A DNA stretch of 64,000 nucleotides. Origin: Candidatus Altimarinota bacterium. GTDB taxonomy: Bacteria > Patescibacteriota > Gracilibacteria > UBA4473. Under the pieces are notes generated by a model that had not been told where the DNA came from, did no database searches, and saw only the letters and a list, made by a program, of their open reading frames with translations. The stretch spans positions 1,120,001 to 1,184,000 of the forward strand of contig OZ246423.1 in NCBI GenBank assembly GCA_965231215.1, read 5' to 3'. Shown piece after piece: positions 38,718 through 48,268 of this stretch (positions are counted from its first letter, which is position 1; every line of letters starts with the position of its first letter). Position numbers and translations under genes: made by a program.

Positions 38718-40297
38718 GGCGCCAGCGTGAGGATGAGCTCATCTACAGAGAATCCTGTTTTCTGAAAACTTACTTTTTTGTTGGTGTCTAGTACTACGAG
38801 AGTGTCTTGGGTAGTAACTCCAAATTTAGTTTTGAGTTCGCTTTCAGTATCATAATCAACCTTGAATATGATAGAATTCCCAACTATTTCGTTAAGTCGG
38901 TTTTCTATCTCTTTATTATGAGCTATGCATTTTGGGCACCAATCTGCGTGAAAAAAGAGCGCTACTTTTTGGTTTCCAAAAGCGGCATTCAAAGCCTCAG
39001 CTGTGAGGGGAACATATTCGGCTATTTCTTGTAAAACAAGAGAAGATCCTGCTACATTTTCGAGCGGAAGTTCAGCGCCAAAAAATTCACGACATTCGGG
39101 GAGCTGTTGTTGGAAACAAGCCTTTTGGGTACAGGCCATTAGTCCACCCGCTTCACCGCGGCTACAAGTATTACACCCATCATACCAAATTTTACAATTA
39201 TCTGGAGGTGTCAGAGGTGGGGTTGGAGTGTCAAAAAATTCACGACATTCAGGGAGCTGTTGTTGAAAACAAGCTCGCTTAGTACAGGCCATTGATCCGC
39301 CCGCTTCACCGCGGTTACAAGTATTACATCCATCATACCAGACTTTACAGTTTTCGGGCGGAGTAGCTGTACTCGGTGGGGCGATTTCAAAGAATTCTAA
39401 ACACCCAGTATCTTTAGTCTGACATTGCGTGAGGCTAGGGCAGATGAAAGGGCTATCTACTTCGATTCTTTCACATTTGGCACATCCATCAGCCCAGACT
39501 TTACAGTCAGAGGAAGCAAGATGGATATCTCCAGGGTTCGTTTCCGGAACTTTGGTTTGAGGTTTATTGGCTTTGATCATGAGTTTCCCATTGACAAAAG
39601 TTCGGCTCGATTTTTCAGTTATATTAGCTTTGATACGGTAAATTATTTCCGCCATTTCCCCTCTAGTGATACTTTTATCAAAGGTTTGAATACTCACAGG
39701 AATAGTATTGTTTTGACCTAGGTGAGTTACGTAGTTCTGATACCAGAGGTCACCTCCTTCTGCGATTTTATAGCCAAAGCTTTTGGTAATAATTTTTGAT
39801 GCCTCAACAAAATTTACATTTTGAGCCGGTCGGAAAGTCCCATCTGGATATCCGTTAATAACACCATTCTTTTTAGCCATACAAATATAAGGGGCAAACC
39901 AGGCATTTACTGGTACATCATCAAATCCGTATTGGTTTGGGCTGCACTGGCTAATTTCTTGAGTGCTAAAGTTAGCAGCTATAACAATTTTGGTGAGTTC
40001 GGCTCGGTTAATAGCCCTTTCTGGTTTGAAGGTTCCGTCATCATATCCTTTTACGATAGACTGATGTTTTACATAAGACACAGCATCATGGTTTTCATGT
40101 TCTAAATCTAAATCTGCAAAACCACTGGCAGCTACCGTACAGTACACTTCACCTGCCCATTCAGTAAATTCTCCTCCATTGGCTTCACAATCAGCTTTGT
40201 GATAAGCCTTTAAAAAAACCGTCCCTGGAGCAAATGAGAGAGCGTATACAGTTGAAAACAAAAATAAACCGAGAGCCGAAAATAAAATTTTTTTCAT
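38714..40297 (-). CDS. Secreted protein with SLH domains, Cys-rich repeats and a C-terminal thioredoxin
   Basis: Signal peptide; GYDDGTFKPERAINRAE SLH; 3x CKxWxDGCxxC repeats; FFHADWCPKC. Confidence 0.88.
   Translation of the reverse strand: MKKILFSALGLFLFSTVYALSFAPGTVFLKAYHKADCEANGGEFTEWAGEVYCTVAASGFADLDLEHENHDAVSYVKHQSIVKGYDDGTFKPERAINRAELTKIVIAANFSTQEISQCSPNQYGFDDVPVNAWFAPYICMAKKNGVINGYPDGTFRPAQNVNFVEASKIITKSFGYKIAEGGDLWYQNYVTHLGQNNTIPVSIQTFDKSITRGEMAEIIYRIKANITEKSSRTFVNGKLMIKANKPQTKVPETNPGDIHLASSDCKVWADGCAKCERIEVDSPFICPSLTQCQTKDTGCLEFFEIAPPSTATPPENCKVWYDGCNTCNRGEAGGSMACTKRACFQQQLPECREFFDTPTPPLTPPDNCKIWYDGCNTCSRGEAGGLMACTQKACFQQQLPECREFFGAELPLENVAGSSLVLQEIAEYVPLTAEALNAAFGNQKVALFFHADWCPKCIAHNKEIENRLNEIVGNSIIFKVDYDTESELKTKFGVTTQDTLVVLDTNKKVSFQKTGFSVDELILTLAP
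39081..39362. repeat. Intragenic tandem repeat, 153-bp period (51 aa)
   Basis: AAAAATTCACGACATTC.GGGAGCTGTTGTT at 39081 and 39234. Confidence 0.85.
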
Positions 40298-40392
40298 TAA
40301 AATTTAGATACATCACAAATATACCATAGTTAAACAATTTTGTGACATTGAGAGGTGGTTGACTTTTTATTGAAAAAAATTAAAAGACATTT

Positions 40393-41031
40393 ATGGCATT
40401 TAAACCGAGAGTTATTATGGGCGGAATGGATATAGGTCATCTCACTTTAATAAAAGGAGGGAGAGCTGGTGAACCGCCAGATTTTGAGGGAGATATTTTG
40501 GCTTTTGATTACAAAGCTGACAATTTCGCTAATCCAACTCTTAATGCTCGGCTGGATGCAGTTATGAATTTGTGTGAGGCTCGTAGGTTGGTGCATAAAC
40601 AAATTTGGCAAGATAGACGAGGATTATTTAATGCCCATATTTTGTCAGATCAAAGTTTAGTTGGAGCGGCTTTAGAGGGTGATTACAATGTTGTTAATCA
40701 ACACCCTCATAAATACATTTGTTTTGTAGGAGAAGCCGTTGAGAGAGCTTTGGGGAATGTTCCGCGTATCGAAGGCGAACTGGTTTTTCCTGAGGGAAAG
40801 AAAGCTATGGCTCAAGCCGAAGGGTGCTTTTTGTGGGAACCACTTCAAATTCGAGTTCAAGCCATGATGGCACTTGTAGAAGCTGAAGGATTAGAAATTT
40901 CTAATGGTGTAAAAATTGATAGGACTGACCAAAATTTGATTGAAGCTATAATGGATGGCCACATTGATAAAGATAACGTTGGTGGTTATCTTAACCTTGT
41001 TTCAAACCTATTAAAGAAGGTAGATAATTAG
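40393..41031 (+). CDS. Hypothetical protein (orphan)
   Basis: 212-aa ORF; TTGACT-16-TAAAAG promoter 6 nt before the ATG. Confidence 0.7.
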   Translation: MAFKPRVIMGGMDIGHLTLIKGGRAGEPPDFEGDILAFDYKADNFANPTLNARLDAVMNLCEARRLVHKQIWQDRRGLFNAHILSDQSLVGAALEGDYNVVNQHPHKYICFVGEAVERALGNVPRIEGELVFPEGKKAMAQAEGCFLWEPLQIRVQAMMALVEAEGLEISNGVKIDRTDQNLIEAIMDGHIDKDNVGGYLNLVSNLLKKVDN

Positions 41032-42929
41032 TATTGTTTCAAAACCTCGACAATAGCTTTTTCACCGATGTTAGCGCTATCATACAGTTCAGCTGGTTTT
41101 CCAGAGAGTTGGTATTCTTCAACCGCAATAGATTTAAAACTGTCTAGCGCAATGCCATTTTCTGCGGCATAGAGAGCCACCTGCGAGGCATAACCATTTT
41201 TACGATTGTGGTCTTCTACCACAATGACATTTTTGGTTTTTTCCAGGGAGGCCTTGAGGCCATCATCAAACTGCTTTGGGCTTGAGGCAATAAGGATTTC
41301 AGCGTCTGCTTCGCTTCCTTTAACCGCATTAAGCGCTTCAATCACCATTGGCCCTGAGGCCACAATGGTAACATCGCTTCCTTCTCGGAGGAGGTCAGTT
41401 TTTCCGTAGTAGTACTCGTATTTTTCATCAAAAAGGATTGAGCCATCTGCCTTAGTAAGAACTGGAATTTTGTGCCGCCCCATTCGTACATAGAAGTTTC
41501 CATAATGACTTCCGGCGTATCGGATAATTCGGTCACAGTGGTTTGGGTCAGCCGGTTCACATACATGTGTATTAAACATTCCAAGGAAAGAGCCCATATC
41601 ATCAATGGCTTGATGGGTTGGTCCATCTTCTCCTACAGAAAGTCCACAGTGAGTAGAGACCATTTTTACATTTGTTCCATTAATATCGTTAACTCGAGCC
41701 TGGTCTTTGGCTCTAGAACTCATAAAGGCTCCAAAGGTAGAAACAAAAGGGGTATATCCATTAACAGAAAGCCCTCCTCCAACACTCACCATGTTTTGTT
41801 CACAGATTCCAAATTCTAAATGTTGATCTGGGAGTTCAGCTTTTACAAATTTGGTCATAACCGACCCTCCAAGATCAGCGGTGCCAGCTAGAACCTTTTT
41901 GTTCGCTTGCGCTAGGCTGAGGAGCGCTTTTCCATAGGCAGACCGACAATCGGTCATCTCCTCAGCTGTATAGAGATTTGGAGTGCCTGGATTAACCTCT
42001 GTTTTTTTCAGATTGTCATGCCAGTGGTGAGTGTCTGGGTGGAAGTTTCGGTTCGCTCTAAAGTCATTAAGTACCGCTGCTTCTTCGTCACTGAGAGTGA
42101 GTTCGCTTAGACTTAGTTGCTCGTCAATTTGATCTGGTTTAGGCGCTTTCCCGTGCCAGTCAGCTTTGTCGTTGCGCCCAGCGGCTTCCATCATGGGGAT
42201 GCCTTTTCCCATAATAGTTTGCCCCACAATCATGAGGGGTTTGTCAGACTCAGTGTTGATAGCTTTCCAGATTTGGTTGTGGTCATGTCCGTCAATTTCA
42301 ATGACTTTCCATCCGTGTGCTCGGAACATTTCAGCCACATCAATTGGCATAGTGGCTTTGAGACTATCGGTGAGTTGGACTCGGTTGTAGTCACAGAAAA
42401 CAATAAAATTATCTAAGTTCTTTTTAGCAGCAAAAAGCGCCATTTCATGTACTTGGCCCTCTTGAGCCTCTCCATCTCCAAGTAAGGCAAAAACTTTTTT
42501 GTTAGACCCTTTTAATTTCTCGGCCACAGCAAAACCCGAAGCCGCAGAAACCCCAACCCCTAATGGGCCAGTTCCAAAATGAACTCCGGCTACATGTCGG
42601 GTTACATGCCCTTCATAAACAGATCCAATTTGTCTGAAAGTGTTCTTTACCTCTTGCGTGTCAATGGCTCCCATTTCGGCCAATACGCTGTAGACTCCTG
42701 GAGAAATATGTCCGTTTGAGACAATAACGGGCTCATGAGTTTCACCAATACGGAAGGCATACAGTACTGCCAAAAAATCCAAACAACTCAAACTCCCTCC
42801 AGGATGACCAGACTGAGAGGTTTTGAGCATTTCTAAAATAGAACGTCTGCAAGATTTGGTAAAAGTATTAAGAAAAGCACTTTGTTCTGGGCTCAGATGG
42901 TCTGTACTGGTAGGGGTGATGAAGTTCAT
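41028..42929 (-). CDS. tkt: Transketolase
   Basis: SGHPGGSLS, SNGHISP, TGPLGVG, LGDGE, IDGHD, GEDGPTHQ. Confidence 0.95.
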   Translation of the reverse strand: MNFITPTSTDHLSPEQSAFLNTFTKSCRRSILEMLKTSQSGHPGGSLSCLDFLAVLYAFRIGETHEPVIVSNGHISPGVYSVLAEMGAIDTQEVKNTFRQIGSVYEGHVTRHVAGVHFGTGPLGVGVSAASGFAVAEKLKGSNKKVFALLGDGEAQEGQVHEMALFAAKKNLDNFIVFCDYNRVQLTDSLKATMPIDVAEMFRAHGWKVIEIDGHDHNQIWKAINTESDKPLMIVGQTIMGKGIPMMEAAGRNDKADWHGKAPKPDQIDEQLSLSELTLSDEEAAVLNDFRANRNFHPDTHHWHDNLKKTEVNPGTPNLYTAEEMTDCRSAYGKALLSLAQANKKVLAGTADLGGSVMTKFVKAELPDQHLEFGICEQNMVSVGGGLSVNGYTPFVSTFGAFMSSRAKDQARVNDINGTNVKMVSTHCGLSVGEDGPTHQAIDDMGSFLGMFNTHVCEPADPNHCDRIIRYAGSHYGNFYVRMGRHKIPVLTKADGSILFDEKYEYYYGKTDLLREGSDVTIVASGPMVIEALNAVKGSEADAEILIASSPKQFDDGLKASLEKTKNVIVVEDHNRKNGYASQVALYAAENGIALDSFKSIAVEEYQLSGKPAELYDSANIGEKAIVEVLKQY

Positions 42930-42963
42930 AAATATTGAGAGGGTAAAATCGATTCTATTGTAT

Positions 42964-43005
42964 AAAAAAAACACCACTCGCCAAGTACTTCTTGGCAAGT
43001 GGTGT
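42964..43005 (-). terminator. Intrinsic terminator upstream of tkt
   Basis: Minus strand ACACCACTTGCCAAG-AAGTA-CTTGGCGAGTGGTGT followed by a T run. Confidence 0.75.
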
Positions 43006-43159
43006 AGGGGAAATTAAAAAAACTTTAGGGTCTAAGTTTAGGTTTATAGAGAGGTTGGTAATCATTTTTACTACAAGCAAAAGCGCCTAGGCCTGGCGCT
43101 GATTCTCTCTAAAATTAGGGAGAGAAGGAAAGCCTGAATAAAAGAGCCTCTATGAAAAT

Positions 43160-43187
43160 AAAAAAACACCAGTTTTGATGTTTTTTT
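43160..43187 (-). terminator. Terminator-like hairpin just beyond the distal att-like repeat
   Basis: Minus strand AAAAAACATCA-AAAC-TGGTGTTTTTTT. Confidence 0.55.
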
Positions 43188-43295
43188 ATAAATAGTTTTT
43201 TTCGTGGAGCTACTTATGGCGGCTTATTAGAGAATGAAATTTGACAAAAAATAGAATAGTGTGTAATTTTTGCAAAAAATTAGCCCAACCTAACT

Positions 43296-44591
43296 ATGGA
43301 ATCTAAAATCGATGTTTCGGAGATAGCGGAAGAGGATATTTTATATGGCTACGAGGAAAATGGTGAAGATAAAAGTTACTCTCCTGAGGTTAAAGTAGCT
43401 TACTGGAAGAATCAATGTGAGCGAGCTATAAAAAATTTTAGTGCGAATATTCCAGACGTAGGAACCCTTATGGAAGATTTTAGGAGTATTATGTCAGCGG
43501 ATCCTATGACAAAAATTATCCGATTTAATGAATTAGTGGATTTATGTCCTAATGAAGAATTTAAACAGAGGATGGGAGACCTAACGGCTGAAGTAGAGAA
43601 AATTTGCTGGGACAAAGGCTTTAGATATAGCGGAGCTTTACTAACTCCGAACGAACATGACCGTTGTGGTAGCACTAGAGGTAAATATGGAGATATAGCT
43701 CCTAATATTCCTTTCCCAATTATTGAAAGTATGATTCTAGAAGGAAAAATCAACGGTGATCTTTTGGCTGAGGAGCTTGAATATATAGAAGGAAAATCTG
43801 AAGATAGGAAAGGTTTAAGTCTAGAAGAAGTAGATAGAGCTCGTAGACTTAGTGGTAATACTCGCTTAAACCTAGAGACAGGAGAAGCCACTAAAGAGAT
43901 CGATGAGGAGGCGTCTAAAGATTCTTACTATTTTCTTAATGAAGACGAAAAGGCCTCTGTGGTAGCTAGAGAGTCCAAAGTTTTGACAGGTGTTAGCCAA
44001 ATAATGGCAGAAGTTTCAGGGAGCTTAAAGGGCAAACTATCGATCCTATCACAGAAGATTCAAGCCTACTCTAAAGGTGAAGTTTCAACAGCTAATTTAT
44101 TACAAGCTCATGATGATTTTTGTAGTGGGTTAGGTGATCGACAAGAATTTAACCTAAAAAGGTTTATTAAACATTTAAGGGCTCTTAATTTTGAGTTAGG
44201 ATACCGAGATCCTATATTAACCCCCCAAGAAATATTATTACGTTCTGGGGCTGAAGTTGGTGAAAATTTTACAGGTCAGCCTTACACGCCATTAGCCATT
44301 CAAGACAGATCATTAAGCGTAGAAGAAGTCCGAAGACTAAGGGATGGAGAATGTGGAGTTATGATTATAACAACCCAAGTTCAAGGTATGGGTGATTATC
44401 CAGATTCGACCTTCCGCCTAGAAACTTTGGATGATACTGGAAAGACAGTTACCAGTCCTAACCTAGTTGATAGAGATGATCCAGGGGCAGAAATGAGCGA
44501 ACAATACCGAGAAATGATAGCTCCTGAATTTGCTAAAAACTTCCCTTTTCCCAGAGACGACGATTGGTTTATGGTAAAAGAAAAAAGTTGA
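43296..44591 (+). CDS. Hypothetical acidic protein (orphan)
   Basis: 431-aa ORF; TTGACA-17-TAATTT promoter at 43241-43269. Confidence 0.75.
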   Translation: MESKIDVSEIAEEDILYGYEENGEDKSYSPEVKVAYWKNQCERAIKNFSANIPDVGTLMEDFRSIMSADPMTKIIRFNELVDLCPNEEFKQRMGDLTAEVEKICWDKGFRYSGALLTPNEHDRCGSTRGKYGDIAPNIPFPIIESMILEGKINGDLLAEELEYIEGKSEDRKGLSLEEVDRARRLSGNTRLNLETGEATKEIDEEASKDSYYFLNEDEKASVVARESKVLTGVSQIMAEVSGSLKGKLSILSQKIQAYSKGEVSTANLLQAHDDFCSGLGDRQEFNLKRFIKHLRALNFELGYRDPILTPQEILLRSGAEVGENFTGQPYTPLAIQDRSLSVEEVRRLRDGECGVMIITTQVQGMGDYPDSTFRLETLDDTGKTVTSPNLVDRDDPGAEMSEQYREMIAPEFAKNFPFPRDDDWFMVKEKS

Positions 44592-44605
44592 TTAATACCA
44601 AATCT

Positions 44606-45011
44606 TTAAGAGAAACTGGCTAAGAACTTAGCAAAGAGCTTGTTACTACTTTTAGGATTGTATACTACTGGCTCAATCCCATTCACCTTGGCAATAAACT
44701 CAGCCGCTTTATCAAACGGTACAGAGCTGAAGTAATAGCCACGTTGGACTTTGTCTCGTTCCATACACCACTTAAAGGCTCGAACATGATCGGTGTTAAT
44801 ATAGTCGAATTTGTTTTGGCCGTGTCATTCTGGGTCATAATGTTTACATTGAGCATACATCAAACTGCCATTGCTAAACTCAATGGTAATATCTACGCCA
44901 TTATCTCCACCGTGTGAACCGCCTTTATGCGTCACCTTAACCTCCTCTGCATTTCTTAAACTTTTTACGCAGAACTTCTGAGCAAGCTTGTTCGTATTCA
45001 TACCAATTCAT
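44606..45011 (-). pseudogene. Mrr-like (PD-(D/E)xK, QxK) restriction endonuclease pseudogene
   Basis: MNWYEYEQACSEVLRKKF, then frameshift to GGDNGVDI...YAQCKHY, in-frame TGA at 44825-44827, continuing HVRAF...RGYYFSSVPFDKAA. Confidence 0.72.
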
Positions 45012-45083
45012 CAAAATGTTATAACAAAAAGGTTATAATGTTCCAATTATTTTAGTTGAAACATTTACTACGCTTTAAATTAA

Positions 45084-45287
45084 ATGAAGCGCGAGTTAAA
45101 CGATCAAAAATTACTAGCCAGCGGCGATGTCCGAAAGCTTTTAGGCGTGTCGTACCAATTTATAGAAAAGTTGGTTAATGCTGGCCGTTTACCCTACTAC
45201 CAAACCTCTAGTGGTCGTATTTTCCGTGAAGCAGACGTACTAAAAATCAAAGATGAGCGTGCTGTACAATCTTGCGGCCAACCATGA
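45084..45287 (+). CDS. Excisionase/MerR-like HTH DNA-binding protein
   Basis: LLASGDVRKLLGVSYQFIEKLVNAGRLP....GRIFREADV (HTH_17-like). Confidence 0.75.
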   Translation: MKRELNDQKLLASGDVRKLLGVSYQFIEKLVNAGRLPYYQTSSGRIFREADVLKIKDERAVQSCGQP

Positions 45288-45762
45288 TGACCAAATGTAC
45301 TGTGACGCTGAGGTTCAGGCTCACTGGACTCCAATTGTTCAATCTGTATTTTATAAATATATGAAAAAAGTACTAAAGAGGTTAAAGCAGTTCAAAAAAC
45401 CTATCATAAGGGTTTCCGAGATGCTCTATGAAAAAGGCTTAGTAATTAAAGAAACTATAGATTTCACCGTTAAGTCTAGCCTTTATATCTATGCAGGTTT
45501 TTGGATATTAATTCTTATGTGGTTCGTGCACAGCAACCGAATAAAAGAAGAAGAGCTAGTGCTAAATATAAAACTAATACTCAAAGAGTCTGAATATTTG
45601 ATACCGGTAAGTACCTTTGGGGTTTTATTGTTTGTTTTCACTGTCTTAATTCCATTTTTTCCTAATCTTATTAAAAGTAAAACCGGACGTGTTTTTCTAT
45701 TTTCCTGTATATTAATGTTATCTCTCTTTACTCTTGTAAAAGTTGTTATAACTCTCTCTTAA
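45253..45762 (+). CDS. Hypothetical membrane protein
   Basis: Three hydrophobic segments; true start may be the ATG at 45361. Confidence 0.5.
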   Translation: MSVLYNLAANHDDQMYCDAEVQAHWTPIVQSVFYKYMKKVLKRLKQFKKPIIRVSEMLYEKGLVIKETIDFTVKSSLYIYAGFWILILMWFVHSNRIKEEELVLNIKLILKESEYLIPVSTFGVLLFVFTVLIPFFPNLIKSKTGRVFLFSCILMLSLFTLVKVVITLS

Positions 45763-45930
45763 GGAAAAAGTGCGTAACGAGAATCTTCTTATCTAAACAA
45801 AGTTTAGAACGAAGCCTTCAGTACCAAATTAAAATTTGGGCTTACCGTCGAACTCTTATCGTTCGATCCTCAGCCCTTTCGGGCTATACAAAAAATTTCT
45901 CAAACCTTATCAGGCTTAAGAAGTTTTTCG

Positions 45931-46006
45931 TGGAGCGCGTGATGGGAATCGAACCCATATCCGCGGCTTGGAAGGCCGAAATAATAAGCCATTATACTAC
46001 ACGCGC
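45931..46006 (-). tRNA. tRNA-Gly (TCC)
   Basis: GCGCGTGTAGTATAATGG...CGGC-CTTCCAA-GCCG...GGTTCGATTCC-CATCACGCGCTCCA; 76 nt with encoded CCA. Confidence 0.96.
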
Positions 46007-46073
46007 GCTTAGCGAAGATCATTCTAGAAATATTGGGTTGTCGGTCAATATTTTTTCCCTATTTTGGTAATGT

Positions 46074-46580
46074 ATGTTTCAGAAAGGTCAGATTTGGGCT
46101 TATCCTACCGATACAAGTTTTGGTCTTGGAGTGCGTGTTGATGACCCCAAAATGCTTTTAGCGCTCAAAACCCTAAAACGAAGATCTCCAGAAAAATATT
46201 TTTCTCTTATGGTAAAGGATTGGGATATGTTACAGGTCTTTGCTGAAATTCCTCACAATCTTTCAGTAGCCTTTTTTGAAGCCGATCCGGTTACCGTTAT
46301 TCTTACTCCTTCCTCCCATCTGCCGAAAACAGAATTTTGGCCTGAAGACAAAGTGGCCTTTAGGATTTGTACTATTCCTCAGATAGCCAAATACATCGAA
46401 TGTCCCATTACCGCTACTTCAGCCAATATTTCGGGACAAGACCCGCTTTATAATGTTAAGGATCTTAAAGCTAAATTTAAGGATGAAATACAGATTTGTG
46501 ATTATACCGAAAGCCTACCATTGATAGCCCCATCCGCTATTTGGGATTTTACTCAGGAGCCACCACAACGGCTTCGCTAA
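46074..46580 (+). CDS. tsaC: Threonylcarbamoyl-AMP synthase (Sua5/YrdC)
   Basis: YPTDTSFGLG, LKRR, PITATSANISG. Confidence 0.92.
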   Translation: MFQKGQIWAYPTDTSFGLGVRVDDPKMLLALKTLKRRSPEKYFSLMVKDWDMLQVFAEIPHNLSVAFFEADPVTVILTPSSHLPKTEFWPEDKVAFRICTIPQIAKYIECPITATSANISGQDPLYNVKDLKAKFKDEIQICDYTESLPLIAPSAIWDFTQEPPQRLR

Positions 46581-47043
46581 GAAATTCCCATAGACTCTGC
46601 CCAGAAATGGTGAGAAGGGCTATGATTAAAGCACTTCCAATCATGCCTAATCCTATAAGTATAAAAGCTTTCCAGAATTTTACCCCGAAGAGATAGGCGA
46701 GTAATGAACCAGAAAAAACACCGCTGCCTGGAATAGGTATAGCCACAAAAATAATGAGAAATAGCTCTCCCACAGTTTGCATTTTTTTGCTGTGTTTTTT
46801 GCGCGTCTTTTCAAATATTTTATGGAGTAGTTTATCTAGTGGAGGGCAATGTTTTCGAGTTAGATTAACCACTATAGGGAGTGCTAAAAGCATGCAAGCC
46901 GTAACCAAAAGCCCCCCTATACTTGAAATTAGTATGACGTCATACAGCGGCAACTTGTAGTGTAAATGCCCGACAGGAATAGAAGCTCTTAACTCTAATA
47001 TGGGAGTAATAGAAAGCCAAAATGTGTAAAAGTATTCTTTCAT
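46549..47043 (-). CDS. Small multidrug export protein family (COG2426)
   Basis: ITPILELRASIP, FVAIPIPGSGVFSG. Confidence 0.88.
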   Translation of the reverse strand: MKEYFYTFWLSITPILELRASIPVGHLHYKLPLYDVILISSIGGLLVTACMLLALPIVVNLTRKHCPPLDKLLHKIFEKTRKKHSKKMQTVGELFLIIFVAIPIPGSGVFSGSLLAYLFGVKFWKAFILIGLGMIGSALIIALLTISGQSLWEFLSEAVVVAPE

Positions 47044-47270
47044 ACTTGGGGCATGATATTGAGGACTTTTTTTTTGCCAAGTATTGAAGCTAAATCTGTA
47101 AAAAATGTGGAGAATAAAAAATTTGTTCCTTCTGAGTAAAAAAATGAAACATAAATCTTTGATTTTCAATTATAAACTACAAAAAAAGCTTGTATAAACA
47201 CATTTTTTGTTCTATATTTTGCTCAAACAAATGATTTCCCCTTTTATAGAGAGCCTTTTGCCTGTTTAGG

Positions 47271-47303
47271 AGTTTTGCACAGCTTGTACACAAGTTTTGC
47301 ACA
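47271..47303 (+). promoter_or_regulatory. Three tandem 11-bp units containing DnaA-box-like sites
   Basis: AGTTTTGCACA GCTTGTACACA AGTTTTGCACA; TTTTGCACA fits TTWTNCACA. Confidence 0.55.
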
Positions 47304-47327
47304 TTTACTTAAATTTTGTTCATCTTT

Positions 47328-48263
47328 ATGCCAGTAAAAAAGCCACTTCACGACCCTGTACTTCTCAATGAAATTTTGGATTTACTGGTTTTGGATCAAA
47401 CAAATGTGGTTTTTGATGGGACTTTGGGGTTGGGGGGACATGCCGAAGCTATTTTAACACACTGCCCAAAGTTAGATTTGTATGTTGGCTGTGATTTAGA
47501 TCAACAGCATTTAGATATGGCTAAGGAGCGACTCTCTCCTTGGGCCAAAAAGCTAAAGCTGTTTCAGGCTAATTTTTCTGAAATAGAGATTCTTCTGCCA
47601 GATGAAGTAGGGAATAAAGCGCTTAGTATTTTGTTAGATCTTGGAGTTTGTTCCAATCATCTAGATGATGGGGGGAAAGGGTTTTCATTTCAGTCTAATG
47701 GGCCGTTAGTGATGTCTTTTGATGGGACAGAAGAACCTAATTGCGAAACGATTGTTAATACCGCTTCTGAGGTAGAACTATCACAAATTTTAAAAGACTT
47801 CGGTGAAGAACCGCTCGCCAGAAAAATTGCAAAAAACATTGTGCAACATCGAACTCATAAAGCGATTAAAACGACTCAAGATTTAAGAGCTATTGTTGAA
47901 TCAAGCGTGTATCCCAAAGATAGAAAAAAAAGCCTCATGCGTGTATTTCAGGCGTTTAGAATTGCCACCAATGATGAACTTGGGCATTTAAAGCGAGTTT
48001 TGGAATCAAGTATTAAGTGTATGAAATCAGGGGATAGAATTGGAATTATTGCTTATCACTCATTAGAAGATCGTATCGTGAAAAAATTTTTTAAAGAAGG
48101 TTCAAAGCCTGAAACAATCAGTACCAAATTTGATTTACATCAAGAGGTAGCGCCTGCAAAGTTCAAGCTTATCACCAAGAAAGCCGTAACTCCGACTAAA
48201 ACAGAAATAAGTCAAAACCCTAGAGCTCGGTCAGCTCGATTGCGTATTGCTGAAAAAATCTAA
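47328..48263 (+). CDS. rsmH: 16S rRNA m4C1402 methyltransferase
   Basis: HDPVLL.E, DGTLGLGGH, LDLGVCS, FQAFRIATNDEL, YHSLEDRIVK, NPRARSARLR. Confidence 0.97.
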   Translation: MPVKKPLHDPVLLNEILDLLVLDQTNVVFDGTLGLGGHAEAILTHCPKLDLYVGCDLDQQHLDMAKERLSPWAKKLKLFQANFSEIEILLPDEVGNKALSILLDLGVCSNHLDDGGKGFSFQSNGPLVMSFDGTEEPNCETIVNTASEVELSQILKDFGEEPLARKIAKNIVQHRTHKAIKTTQDLRAIVESSVYPKDRKKSLMRVFQAFRIATNDELGHLKRVLESSIKCMKSGDRIGIIAYHSLEDRIVKKFFKEGSKPETISTKFDLHQEVAPAKFKLITKKAVTPTKTEISQNPRARSARLRIAEKI

Positions 48264-48268
48264 AAAAT

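Larger units (their letters stand above)
43198..45936. mobile_element. Decayed genomic islet integrated at the 3' end of tRNA-Gly
   Basis: 13-bp direct repeat TTTTTCGTGGAGC at 43198-43210 and 45924-45936 (the latter overlaps the tRNA 3' end); cargo includes an excisionase-like HTH and a nuclease pseudogene; no integrase left. Confidence 0.55.

Noticed and set aside
43040-43156. TPP riboswitch or hammerhead ribozyme
   Set aside because: Lacks CUGAGA/CCUGA TPP motifs in the right arrangement; CUGAUUC does not fit the CUGANGA hammerhead core
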